DNA of 64,000 nt, from positions 1,600,001 through 1,664,000 of the forward strand of contig CAVTCS010000003.1 of assembly GCA_963733295.1 (NCBI GenBank), written 5' to 3'. Source of the DNA: Vulcanimicrobiota bacterium. GTDB lineage: Bacteria > Vulcanimicrobiota > Vulcanimicrobiia > Vulcanimicrobiales > Vulcanimicrobiaceae. A program made the position numbers and the translations under genes. The notes beneath the pieces were generated by a model. The model was not told where the DNA came from and ran no database searches. It saw nothing but the letters and a program-made list of their open reading frames with translations. Position 1 is the first letter of the stretch. The number at the start of each line of letters is the position of its first letter. This document shows, in pieces, positions 42,028 through 51,212 of this stretch.

Positions 42028-43851
42028 TTAGCGGACGCGAAGTCCGAACGAGTAGAATCGCTTCCCATTGAACAGAGAGGTACCGGCCACGGCGCTGAGG
42101 TGCGGCGAGAGTGGGGCGACGACATCGCCGTCGAGTCCGAGCGCGGCGCCGTTCGTGACGTTTCGTTGCGCGATCGCATCGAAGCGGATCCCCGCCGGAG
42201 CCTGGTAGGTCATCCAAAGAACCTGCCGCCCCGTCGGCGCGGTAGAGGGCAGGTAGTAATCCGGAGTGTTGAAGAGGAGCGCCGAATCGTTGAGCGTCCA
42301 GAAGCGCAAGGCGAGGCGCGGAGCGACCTGCCATACGAGCGAGCCGCCGACCCCGACGGTGCGCTGGGTCGCCGCGCCCGACAAATACTCTTGGAACACG
42401 GTCGCCTCGACGCGCAATCGCGCGCGGTCGTCGAAGTATAGCGTCGCGTCGAGTAAATCTCCGCGCTCGAGCACGTCGCTGCGCGCGGCCGTCGCTTCCG
42501 CCAGCGTCGGCGCGCGGAGCGAATCCGAAATACCTGCGCTCACACCGAACATCCCGGAGGTTGCGTGCACTTCCAACGAAGGCAGCAACACGAGCTCCGT
42601 ATTGCTTTGCGACGAGCTGCCGAACGAGTCATGCTGATCGACGTTGGACAAACCGAGACCGGCGAAGAATCCGGCGGCGCGCGCATCGCCGTGCGCTTCG
42701 AGATAAGCGGTCACCGTCGTCACGCTTCCCGCTAGAAACGGGGCGCTTGCGGTGACCTGATCGTAACCGGTTTGCTCGGTGAAGCTCCCGCCCGCAGCGA
42801 CCGTGATTGCGTTCGGCCGTTCGAGCTGGGCATTGAAACTCGTTTCGCTGCCGGCTGTGCTCGAAGCGTCGGCGAGCCCGTCGGTCTCGCTCCAGCCGGC
42901 GGTCGTCGCAGCCAACGACGTAACGTAGTTGCGTGACGCCGTCGAATACGAGAGGCGCGCGAGCTGAATGTTACGATAGGCATCGAAGGGGCCCGGCGTG
43001 GCCGCGCTATCGGCCGCGGTTACGCCGGCGCGCAGCGCTCCGCCCGCAACAGGCGCGTCGACGTCGAAGTCGGCACGCCGTTGCACCAAGCCATCCTCGT
43101 CGGAGAGACCCGCAGCGGGAACGATGGCGCCGAAACGCGGTTCGAGTGCGAGCGTTCCAGGTTGACCCGCGTCGCCGGACAAGAGCGTGGCGTCGGTGAG
43201 TTGATCGAGCCCGAACGTTCCGCCGCCCGCATAGGATCCATAGCGAAAGGCTTTGTCGGCCGAGATTGCATCGATTTGCTGCAGGTAGCGGCCGGGAAAA
43301 TCGATCAGCGCCGACTCGCCCGTCGAAAGATCGTAGACCGGGGCGCCGTCATCGAGGATCAACCCATGTCCGTGCTGCAGCCCGCGGTCCGAGACGTCGC
43401 TTCCGCCCGCGGCCGGCAAAACATACGGTATCAGTCCCAGAACGTCGGCCGGACGCGCGTAGGGCAACGCGCTCAGGTCGGCGGCGTTCGGAACGCCGCT
43501 GTCGAGCGCGGCGTAGCGCAGGACGACGATGGCGAGGTTCGTGCTTGTGCCAAGGACGAGGTGCACGCTTCGGCAGTGGACGCAGCTCACGTCGAGCGTC
43601 GCCGGAGTCCGCTCCGGGACGATCGTGAACGTTCCATTGGCGGCGGTCCGATCGCTTCCGACGACCGCTCCAGTGCTGTCGCGGGCGCTGACCGAGGCGC
43701 CCCCGAGCGCATTCCCATCCGAGTCGCGAACGCTTCCTACCAAAAGTTGGGTGGCGGCTTCGGCGGCAAAGGGGGCTGCGACCACGAACACCAGGCAGAA
43801 GAGCGCTGCCTTCAGGAAATGTTCATGCAAATTCGGCACAATGGGGGTCAT
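42028..43851 (-). CDS. TonB-dependent-receptor-like outer-membrane protein
   Basis: Signal peptide, GSVRDSDG..T..NGTF N-domain, plug-like DRGL...ILDDGAP...FRYGSYAGGG, alternating beta strands, C-terminal YSFGLRVR. Start uncertain. Confidence 0.65.
   Translation of the reverse strand: MTPIVPNLHEHFLKAALFCLVFVVAAPFAAEAATQLLVGSVRDSDGNALGGASVSARDSTGAVVGSDRTAANGTFTIVPERTPATLDVSCVHCRSVHLVLGTSTNLAIVVLRYAALDSGVPNAADLSALPYARPADVLGLIPYVLPAAGGSDVSDRGLQHGHGLILDDGAPVYDLSTGESALIDFPGRYLQQIDAISADKAFRYGSYAGGGTFGLDQLTDATLLSGDAGQPGTLALEPRFGAIVPAAGLSDEDGLVQRRADFDVDAPVAGGALRAGVTAADSAATPGPFDAYRNIQLARLSYSTASRNYVTSLAATTAGWSETDGLADASSTAGSETSFNAQLERPNAITVAAGGSFTEQTGYDQVTASAPFLAGSVTTVTAYLEAHGDARAAGFFAGLGLSNVDQHDSFGSSSQSNTELVLLPSLEVHATSGMFGVSAGISDSLRAPTLAEATAARSDVLERGDLLDATLYFDDRARLRVEATVFQEYLSGAATQRTVGVGGSLVWQVAPRLALRFWTLNDSALLFNTPDYYLPSTAPTGRQVLWMTYQAPAGIRFDAIAQRNVTNGAALGLDGDVVAPLSPHLSAVAGTSLFNGKRFYSFGLRVR
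43811..43842 (+). promoter_or_regulatory. OmpR-type box plus -10 (copy 3)
   Basis: TTCAG-GAAATG-TTCAT-10 nt-CACAAT, upstream of the operon containing the response regulator. Confidence 0.65.
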
Positions 43852-44103
43852 ATGCGCGCGAGCCGGGTTCGCCTTGTGTTGGTCGTATGTGCGGCCCTGT
43901 TGGGTGGCGCAGGCTTGACCGTCGCGCGCGCTTCGGTGCCCGACCTCGCCGATCTCACCCGTACGACGCTCGTGCCATCGGCGGCGCCCGCGCTGCTGGG
44001 GCCGATCGACGCGCTGGGTCGCAATGGCTGGAAATGCGTGCCGGAACAGGCCGCGAAAGCGACGAGCGTTCGGTCCGCCGAACTGCCGCAGGATCCGGAC
44101 TAG
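43852..44103 (+). CDS. Small secreted hypothetical protein (83 aa)
   Basis: MRASRVRLVLVVCAALLGGAGLTVARA signal peptide; stop is 6 nt before the TPR gene. Confidence 0.6.
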   Translation: MRASRVRLVLVVCAALLGGAGLTVARASVPDLADLTRTTLVPSAAPALLGPIDALGRNGWKCVPEQAAKATSVRSAELPQDPD

Positions 44104-44109
44104 TCGCGC

Positions 44110-44919
44110 ATGCGCCTTCGTGGCTTCACCCTCGCGGTTGCGCTCGCGCTCACTCCGCCCGGCGCAGCCGCGCAGCCCTATCCCGCGCTGACGCCGGTCC
44201 CGCGCACGACTTCGCCCGCCGCGTTACACGCGCTCGCCAATCAGCGCGAGATCGAAACGCGTATCGGTTTGGGCTTCGCGGCGATTGGACGCGAGGACTG
44301 GCATGCCGCGAGCGACGAGTTCGTTCACGTCTTGAGTTTGGAACCGCACGAGCCGCAAGCCTCGACGGCGTACTACGATCTCGGAATCGCGCAAACCGGG
44401 CTCGGTCAACTCGACGCAGCGGTCGCATCGTTCGAGGCGGCGATTCAGCGCGATCCGGGGTTTCTCGCAGCTCGCTCGAACTTGATCTCGGTCGAACTCA
44501 TGCGCGGTGATTTACCCGCGGCGCGCAAAGCCGCCGACGCGCTCGTCGCGCTCGCGCCCGATTCCGCTCGGGCGCTCTATGCCCGCGGTTTGGCGGCGCT
44601 CGCCGCCGGCGACGCGGATACCGCACTCGCCGACTTCCGGAAACTCTCGTCTCGCAACCCGTCGTATGCGATCGCACACTACGATCTCGCGCTCGCCGAG
44701 ATCAAGCTCGATCGCTACGCGGACGCCGAGCGCGAGTTGCGCGTCGCACTGACTCTGGCCCCCAACTACGCTCGCGCCCAACTCTGTCTCGGCACGGTTC
44801 TGTTGCATGCCGGACAGCGCGAAGCTGCTCGCGTGGCCTTCGACGACGCCGCACGCAACGCACAGGACGTCGTCCTGCGGACCCTCGCCGCCTCGCTGCG
44901 TGACGCCGTGGAGCATTAA
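44110..44919 (+). CDS. Secreted TPR protein
   Basis: Signal peptide; AYYDLGIA, ALYARGLA, AHYDLALA repeats. Confidence 0.88.
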   Translation: MRLRGFTLAVALALTPPGAAAQPYPALTPVPRTTSPAALHALANQREIETRIGLGFAAIGREDWHAASDEFVHVLSLEPHEPQASTAYYDLGIAQTGLGQLDAAVASFEAAIQRDPGFLAARSNLISVELMRGDLPAARKAADALVALAPDSARALYARGLAALAAGDADTALADFRKLSSRNPSYAIAHYDLALAEIKLDRYADAERELRVALTLAPNYARAQLCLGTVLLHAGQREAARVAFDDAARNAQDVVLRTLAASLRDAVEH

Positions 44920-44921
44920 CG

Positions 44922-45611
44922 ATGCGCGTGTTGCTCGTGGAAGACGATCAGGAGATCGCCGGCGCAATCCGCACGATGCTCGCGCGTCAAAGGTTCGCGG
45001 TCGACGTCGCAGCCGACGGAGAGGTCGGACTCGATTATCTGCTACGCGGTACGTACGATCTCGCCATCGTGGACGTGATGCTGCCCAAACGCGACGGCTT
45101 TTCGGTCTGCCGCAGCGCGCGCGCAGAAGGCGTCGGAACGCCGCTCTTGATCCTGACCGCACGCGACGCGGTCGAGGACCGCATTCGCGGGCTCGACTCG
45201 GGCGCCGATGACTACTTGATCAAACCCTTCGTCGACGAAGAGTTGGCGGCGCGGCTGCGTGCCCTGCTGCGGCGTGGCGAGCGGCCTCCCGCGAGCGACC
45301 GGCTCGCGGTCGGAACGCTCGCGATCGATCCCGCGGCTCGGGTCGCGACCGTCTCCGGCCGGCCGGTCGACCTCGGCGCGACCGAGTTCCGCCTCCTCGA
45401 GCTCTTCGCGCGCCATCGCGGGATGACGCTCTCGCGAGCTCAGATTCTCGAGCGGATTTGGGAATACGATTTTACGGGTTCGAGTAACATCGTCGACGTG
45501 TACGTCAGTCAGCTGCGCCGCAAGTTGCGGGGCCGCGGCTCAACCGCGTCGATTGTAACGGTGTGGGGAATCGGCTACAGGCTCGAAGAGAAGGCACCGA
45601 AAGCCGGGTAG
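44922..45611 (+). CDS. OmpR/PhoB-family response regulator
   Basis: LLVEDD, DVMLP, LTARD, GADDYLIKPF, NIVDVYV, TVWGIGY. Confidence 0.96.
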   Translation: MRVLLVEDDQEIAGAIRTMLARQRFAVDVAADGEVGLDYLLRGTYDLAIVDVMLPKRDGFSVCRSARAEGVGTPLLILTARDAVEDRIRGLDSGADDYLIKPFVDEELAARLRALLRRGERPPASDRLAVGTLAIDPAARVATVSGRPVDLGATEFRLLELFARHRGMTLSRAQILERIWEYDFTGSSNIVDVYVSQLRRKLRGRGSTASIVTVWGIGYRLEEKAPKAG

Positions 45612-46501
45612 TCGTCCGGCTGACGCTGGCATATATGCTGGTGTTCACGCTCGTCATCGCGGCACTGAGCGTCTTAGCCTTCGAGCTGATCGCCGCGAAC
45701 TACCGCGACGCACTCGCGCCCGCGCTCGATACGCAAGCCGGACGCAGCGCGCTCGACGCGGCCGAACGCAAAATCGCACTCGCAATCGGGCTGCTCGACG
45801 GCGCCCTCCTCATCATCGTCGGGGCGGCGTCGTACGGGTTGGCCTGCGCTGCGCTGCAACCGCTCGTCGAGGCCAGGCGTCGCGAAGAGCGTTTTGCTGC
45901 GGATGCGGCACACGAACTGCGAACGCCGCTCGGAGCGATCGCGAGCGTCGCTCAAGCCGCACGCGACGGGGGCCCGAGCGACGCGGCTTTTGCCGCCGTC
46001 GCACGCCGCGCGCTCGATGCGGGAACGCTCGTGAGCGATCTGCTGACGCTCGCGCGCAGGAGCGACGACGAAGCCCTCATCAAGGAACCGGTCGACTTCG
46101 CGGCGATCGTCGCGAAAGCGGTCGGCGAGATCCACGAGACCAAACCCGGCGTGCAGATCGATTGCGATTGCGGCGAAGCGATCGTCGAGGGCGACGAACG
46201 GCGCTTACTGCAACTGGTGCGCAACCTCTTGAACAACGCGACCCGTCACGCGGAGTCGCGAGTCGAAGTGCGCTTGACGACGAGGGGCGCCGAAGTCGAG
46301 CTCGAGATCGACGACGACGGCCCGGGCGTGCCCGCGGAGATACGTCCGCGCCTCTTCGAACGGTTCGCGAAATCCGCGGACTCGCCGGGAAGCGGCCTCG
46401 GCCTAGCGATCTGCCGCTGGATCGCCGGCGCTCACGGCGGAACGATCGCGTTCACCGGCGGTTCGCATTTCGTCGTGCGACTACCGCGGCGCGCGCGTTG
46501 A
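45563..46501 (+). CDS. Sensor histidine kinase, two TM helices with very short loop
   Basis: AAHELRTPL, NLLNNA, DDDGPG, GSGLGL. Start uncertain. Confidence 0.92.
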   Translation: MGNRLQARREGTESRVVVRLTLAYMLVFTLVIAALSVLAFELIAANYRDALAPALDTQAGRSALDAAERKIALAIGLLDGALLIIVGAASYGLACAALQPLVEARRREERFAADAAHELRTPLGAIASVAQAARDGGPSDAAFAAVARRALDAGTLVSDLLTLARRSDDEALIKEPVDFAAIVAKAVGEIHETKPGVQIDCDCGEAIVEGDERRLLQLVRNLLNNATRHAESRVEVRLTTRGAEVELEIDDDGPGVPAEIRPRLFERFAKSADSPGSGLGLAICRWIAGAHGGTIAFTGGSHFVVRLPRRAR

Positions 46502-47662
46502 AGCGGGGGCACTGTCCAATTCGCGCAAGACTTCGTCCGTGTGCTGGCCGAGCGTCGGCGCATCGCCTTCGGATGAAGGCTGCGTCGTGCTCCACGTTGA
46601 GGGAACGCCGATCGTCCGGATGCGTCCTTCGGTCGGATGCTCGCGCTCGCGCAAGAAACCGGTCGCGACGAGCTGCGGATCGTGCAAGACCTCTTCGAGC
46701 TCTTGGAAAGGCGCCGCGGGCACGTCCGCGCTCCGTAACAGCGGCAGCCACTCGGCGCTCGTCCGCGTCGCCAACACTTCGGCGACCACGCCGTACGCGT
46801 AGTGATAATCTCGCCGCCGTCGCTCGGGCTGATTGAGTCGCGCGTCGCTGCGATACCGTTCCCCGTTGCCGCTGACCTCGAAAAAACGCGTCCAGTGCCC
46901 TTCGTTGTAAACGAGGACGCACAGATATCCGTCGAGGGTGCGGTAGGGCCGGCGCATCGCGGTGAGTAGCCGCGCGTAGCCCATCGGACCCTCCGCCGGA
47001 ACGAAACTCTCGCCCCCGAGATGATCGCCCAGAACGATGTCGGCGAGCGTTTCGAACATCGGGACTTCGATCGCTTGACCCTTTCCGGTCCGCGTCCGGT
47101 GGAGCAACGCGGCGAGCACGACGTTGACCGCACTCAAACCCCCGATGCGATCCACGATCGTGCTGGGCACGTAGCGCGGTTCCCCGCCGTCCAGCGCGAA
47201 GAGCGAGGCGAGGCCCGAAGCGCCCTGTATCAGGTCGTCGTAAGCCTGCAGCGCCGCGCCGGGCCCACCTTGTCCGTACCCGACCAAGCTGACGTAGACG
47301 ATGGCCGGATTCGCCCGCGCGACGTCCGCGTAGCCGAGACCGAGCCGCGCGAGAGCCGCGAGCCGCGTGTTGTGGATGAAGACGTCACTTCGCAGGCAAA
47401 GACGCAAGAGAGCGTCACGTCCTGCTTCGGTCTTCAAATCGAGCACGACGCTGCGTTTGCCGCGGTTGAGATGCATGAAGAGGGCGCCCATCCCGTGATT
47501 TCGCGCCGGAAGTGCGAGGCGCATCACGTCGCCCTGCGGCGGCTCGACCTTGATGACGCTCGCGCCGAAGTCGGCCAGAATGCGCGTCGCCAGCGGTCCC
47601 ATGATGACGCTGCTCAGATCGAGCACGCGCACGCCGGCTAGCGGCCCACCTCCGACTTCCAC
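46481..47662 (-). CDS. Family III CoA transferase (CaiB/BaiF/Frc)
   Basis: PLAGVRVLDL, LADFGASVIKVEP, NRGKRS, AYDDLIQ, PTLGQHT. GTG 47662. Confidence 0.93.
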   Translation of the reverse strand: MEVGGGPLAGVRVLDLSSVIMGPLATRILADFGASVIKVEPPQGDVMRLALPARNHGMGALFMHLNRGKRSVVLDLKTEAGRDALLRLCLRSDVFIHNTRLAALARLGLGYADVARANPAIVYVSLVGYGQGGPGAALQAYDDLIQGASGLASLFALDGGEPRYVPSTIVDRIGGLSAVNVVLAALLHRTRTGKGQAIEVPMFETLADIVLGDHLGGESFVPAEGPMGYARLLTAMRRPYRTLDGYLCVLVYNEGHWTRFFEVSGNGERYRSDARLNQPERRRRDYHYAYGVVAEVLATRTSAEWLPLLRSADVPAAPFQELEEVLHDPQLVATGFLREREHPTEGRIRTIGVPSTWSTTQPSSEGDAPTLGQHTDEVLRELDSAPASTRAPR

Positions 47663-47735
47663 GGCGGAGTCATTCGACGTGCCGCCGGGCACCTCACGCA
47701 AGGTGAGGAGCGGCACCTGCAAGTAGCTCAAAGGC

Positions 47736-48317
47736 ATGCAACGTGTGCGATTCAGCCTGGGCCTCGCAGCGGCCCTCTCCATTCCGGCGCTCGTAACGGG
47801 AACCTCTCGGGCCGCGGTCGCAGCGCCGACTGCAGCCCCCGCCACGGTCAAAATCGCAATCGTCACCGAGCGCGGAACGATCGAGGTTGCGCTCGATCCG
47901 GTCCACGCCCCCGTGACCGTGAAGAATTTCCTCCACTACGTCGACGCGAAGTTCTACAACGGCGGCACCTTCTTCCGCGCGGTTCCCGGCTTCGTCATCC
48001 AAGGCGGGAACAAGTCGCGCGAGTCGCCGTCCGACCGGCCGATCGATCTCGAGAACAGTACGAAGACCGGCCTGCACAATATCGACGGCGCGATCTCGAT
48101 GGCTCGCACGAGCGATCCGAACTCGGCCACGAGCGAGTTCTTCATCTGCGACGGGCCTCAGGTCGAGTTGGATCCGTCGGGTTCGACCGAGGGCTACGCC
48201 GCTTTCGGCTTCGTCACGAAGAACATGGCTCTCGTCCGGGAGATCGCGCGGCTTCCCGCCGAGCAGCAGATGCTCGTCACGCCCGTCAAGATTCTGAAGA
48301 TCTATCGAATCCACTGA
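47736..48317 (+). CDS. Secreted cyclophilin-type peptidyl-prolyl isomerase
   Basis: APVTVKNFL, GFVIQGG, SMART, SATSEFFI. Confidence 0.93.
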   Translation: MQRVRFSLGLAAALSIPALVTGTSRAAVAAPTAAPATVKIAIVTERGTIEVALDPVHAPVTVKNFLHYVDAKFYNGGTFFRAVPGFVIQGGNKSRESPSDRPIDLENSTKTGLHNIDGAISMARTSDPNSATSEFFICDGPQVELDPSGSTEGYAAFGFVTKNMALVREIARLPAEQQMLVTPVKILKIYRIH

Positions 48318-50134
48318 TACGCCGCGCGGAACTCATCCGGTTCACGGACCTCGAGCGCCACTATGGCGCGCGCACGATCTTCGCGGGTCTCTCGGGCGCG
48401 ATTCGCGACGGAGAGAAGATCGGACTCGTCGGACCGAACGGCGCCGGAAAGTCGTCGCTCGTGCGCCTGCTGACGGGGCTCGACGAGCTGGACGGCGGCA
48501 GCGTCGTGCGTCCGGCACACACGCGGTTCGCTTACCTCGCGCAAGATTCTTCCGAACGGGGACCGGCAACGCTTCGTCTCGCCTTCGAAGGTGCGATCGA
48601 GCAGCGCTTCGCCGAGGAGTGGGAGACGCGCGCGACGCTGAACCGCTTCGGCTTCGCTGACGAAGAACTCGATCGGCCCTTCGACCAATTCTCCGGCGGC
48701 CAGCTCACTCGCGCGCTACTCGCGCGAACGTTGCTCGAAAATCCGGACTGGCTCGTCCTCGACGAACCGACCAACCACCTCGACATCGATACGACGCGTT
48801 GGCTCGAAAACTTCGTCGTCCGCGACGCGCGCGCGTATCTCATCGTCTCTCACGATAGGTATTTTCTCGAGACGGTCGCCTCGACGATCTGGGAACTCGA
48901 GGATGGAACGCTTTCGACGTACGAAGTAAAGCCGGGACGCGCGTACAGCATGTTCTTGGAAGAACGCGAAAGGCGCCGGGAGCAAGCGCGACGCGACTAC
49001 GAAGCCGTCTCGACCGAACGAAAACGGCAACGCGCGGTGATCGACGAGCTTCGCACGCACGGCTCGCACAACTATAGCGGCGTCCGCAGCCGCGAAAAGG
49101 CGCTCGAGCGGATCGAGCCGGTCGCCGCACCGTCCAAAGGAGCGCGGCGCATCGGAGTCGACCTCAGCCCGGCGCGGCGCGCGACCAAAGGCTTTGCAAT
49201 CGAGTTCAAGGACGTGAGCAAAGCCTTCGACCGGACGCTCTTCGAGGGTTTCAGCGGAACCATCGGCCGCGGCGAACACGTGGCGATCGTCGGGCCCAAC
49301 GGTGCGGGCAAGACGACGCTCCTGCGCATCCTGAGCGGCGAGCTCGTGCCCGACCGGGGCAGCGTGCGCTACGGAACGGGTCTCGCGATGGCCGGCTACT
49401 CGCAGCGCACCGTCGACGATTTGCCCGCGGGCGCGACGGCGGTCGAAGCGGTGATGCAGCTGGGCGTCACGCCGGAACAGGCCCGCGCACTGCTCGGACG
49501 GCTCAACCTGGGCGGCGCCTCCGGCGACAAACTCGTCGAAAACTTTTCCGGCGGCGAACGGCGCCGCATCATGTTGGCGCGTCTGATGGCGCAACGCGCC
49601 GATTGTCTGTTTCTGGACGAGCCGACCAACGATCTCGACATCGCGGGACGCGAAGCGGTCGAAGATGTTTTGGCCGACTACGACGGAGCGTTGCTGGTGG
49701 TCTCGCACGACCGCTACCTCCTCAAGCGGCTGGCGACACGCGTGATCGCGATCGGCGACGGAACCGCGGCGCTTCTCGACGGCGACTACGAAACGTTCGA
49801 GCGGCGCGCGCACGAGCAGAGCGCGGCGCCCGAGCGCGAACGTTCCGCGCCGGCGGCGGCCGGCGAGCGCCGGCGCGAGTCGGCGCACGAAGCGAAACTC
49901 GAAGCGGGGCGGCGCACGCGCGCGGTCGAAGCCGCCGAACGGCGCGTCGCCGATCTGGACCGGCAGCGCGCCGAAATCGAGCTTCTCTTCACCCAACCCA
50001 AACTCTACGACGACCCGGCAACGATCGTCGAGCTGCAGCGCGATCTCGAACGCGTCCGCACCGAAAGCGAGCGCGCGTATGAGGCGTGGGAAGCTGCCGT
50101 TCGCGCCGCGGAGCAGCCGGTAGCCGGAGGTTAA
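48314..50134 (+). CDS. ABC-F family ATP-binding protein
   Basis: Two ABC cassettes (LDEPTNHLD, SHDR) and a C-terminal coiled coil. The first Walker A (GPNGAGKS) lies upstream of the first canonical start at 48461; the frame is open from CTG 48314. Confidence 0.92.
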   Translation: MIRRAELIRFTDLERHYGARTIFAGLSGAIRDGEKIGLVGPNGAGKSSLVRLLTGLDELDGGSVVRPAHTRFAYLAQDSSERGPATLRLAFEGAIEQRFAEEWETRATLNRFGFADEELDRPFDQFSGGQLTRALLARTLLENPDWLVLDEPTNHLDIDTTRWLENFVVRDARAYLIVSHDRYFLETVASTIWELEDGTLSTYEVKPGRAYSMFLEERERRREQARRDYEAVSTERKRQRAVIDELRTHGSHNYSGVRSREKALERIEPVAAPSKGARRIGVDLSPARRATKGFAIEFKDVSKAFDRTLFEGFSGTIGRGEHVAIVGPNGAGKTTLLRILSGELVPDRGSVRYGTGLAMAGYSQRTVDDLPAGATAVEAVMQLGVTPEQARALLGRLNLGGASGDKLVENFSGGERRRIMLARLMAQRADCLFLDEPTNDLDIAGREAVEDVLADYDGALLVVSHDRYLLKRLATRVIAIGDGTAALLDGDYETFERRAHEQSAAPERERSAPAAAGERRRESAHEAKLEAGRRTRAVEAAERRVADLDRQRAEIELLFTQPKLYDDPATIVELQRDLERVRTESERAYEAWEAAVRAAEQPVAGG

Positions 50135-50139
50135 CCCGT

Positions 50140-50817
50140 TTGCCAACTGCCAGGCTGGACCCGAACTGGGGATTGCCCGCGAAGGTACCCGAGTCGCGTC
50201 ACCCCGCACAAGTCGCGATTCTGTGCGCGGCTGCGCTGAATTTCGTTTTACCCGGCAAGTTCACGCTCGGGCCGCCTTGGTTCATTCCCGTTATCGAACT
50301 CGCGCTCTTGATCCCGCTCTTTTTCGTCTCACACCGTAAGCTCGTAGAACGCGCCGCGAAAATGCGGCAGCTGGCCGCGTTGACGTTGATCGGGGTCGTG
50401 AGCGTCTCGAACATCATCTCGCTCATCCTCCTGATCCGGCTCTTGCTCTTCAACGCCAAAGCCGTCAACGGGCTCGAGCTCATCTATTCGTCGGTCGCGA
50501 TTTGGGCCACGAACGTGCTCGTGTTCGCACTTTGGTACTGGCAGCTCGATCGCGGCGGACCCGAAGAGCGGATCTCCCCCGAGCACGACGAGCCGGACTT
50601 TCTGTTCCCGCAGATGATAACTCCGGGTTCCGCAAAGCCGGATTGGTCGCCAAACTTCTTCGACTACCTGTACGTGGCGTTCACGAACGCGACAGCCTTC
50701 AGTCCAACCGACACGATGCCGCTGACGGTCACGGCAAAGATGCTCATGATGTCCCAGGCGACGGCATCGCTCGCCACGATCGCGATCGTCGCCTCGCGCG
50801 GCATCGGCATTCTATAG
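50140..50817 (+). CDS. DUF1345-like membrane protein
   Basis: WQLDRGGP, DFLFPQ, DYLYVAFTNATAFSPTD. TTG behind GGAGG. Confidence 0.8.
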   Translation: MPTARLDPNWGLPAKVPESRHPAQVAILCAAALNFVLPGKFTLGPPWFIPVIELALLIPLFFVSHRKLVERAAKMRQLAALTLIGVVSVSNIISLILLIRLLLFNAKAVNGLELIYSSVAIWATNVLVFALWYWQLDRGGPEERISPEHDEPDFLFPQMITPGSAKPDWSPNFFDYLYVAFTNATAFSPTDTMPLTVTAKMLMMSQATASLATIAIVASRGIGIL

Positions 50818-50830
50818 AACGGGGCACTTT

Positions 50831-51127
50831 ATGCACGTCGATCCGTGGCTAGGACTCGGAGTGCTCGTCTGCACGGCGGCGACCGACGCCGTCTACGTGA
50901 TGTTCACGGCTTCGGTTTCCGCGCGGCGACGCGTCTCAGCGGCGACTTGGAGCAGCATCTGGTATTTGCTGGCATCGTTTGCCGTCATCACTTACACGAA
51001 GAACTGGATCTACGTGGGCTTCGCAGCGGTCGGGTCGTGGATCGGCGCGTATCTTTCGATGACGTTTCTCAGCCGGCGCGCCGGTCTCGGAAAGCCATTG
51101 CCAGGTTTCGAGGAGCGACCGCCGTAG
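50831..51127 (+). CDS. Small membrane hypothetical protein
   Basis: About 3 hydrophobic segments, codirectional, fills the gap between genes. Confidence 0.7.
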   Translation: MHVDPWLGLGVLVCTAATDAVYVMFTASVSARRRVSAATWSSIWYLLASFAVITYTKNWIYVGFAAVGSWIGAYLSMTFLSRRAGLGKPLPGFEERPP

Positions 51128-51212
51128 GCCCGAACGTACGTTTTTTGCCCGAGGGCTGATCGCGAGCTTGCGCTCGAGAGCGCTGCGTCTTTGAATTGAG
51201 GGAATCCCAGTC

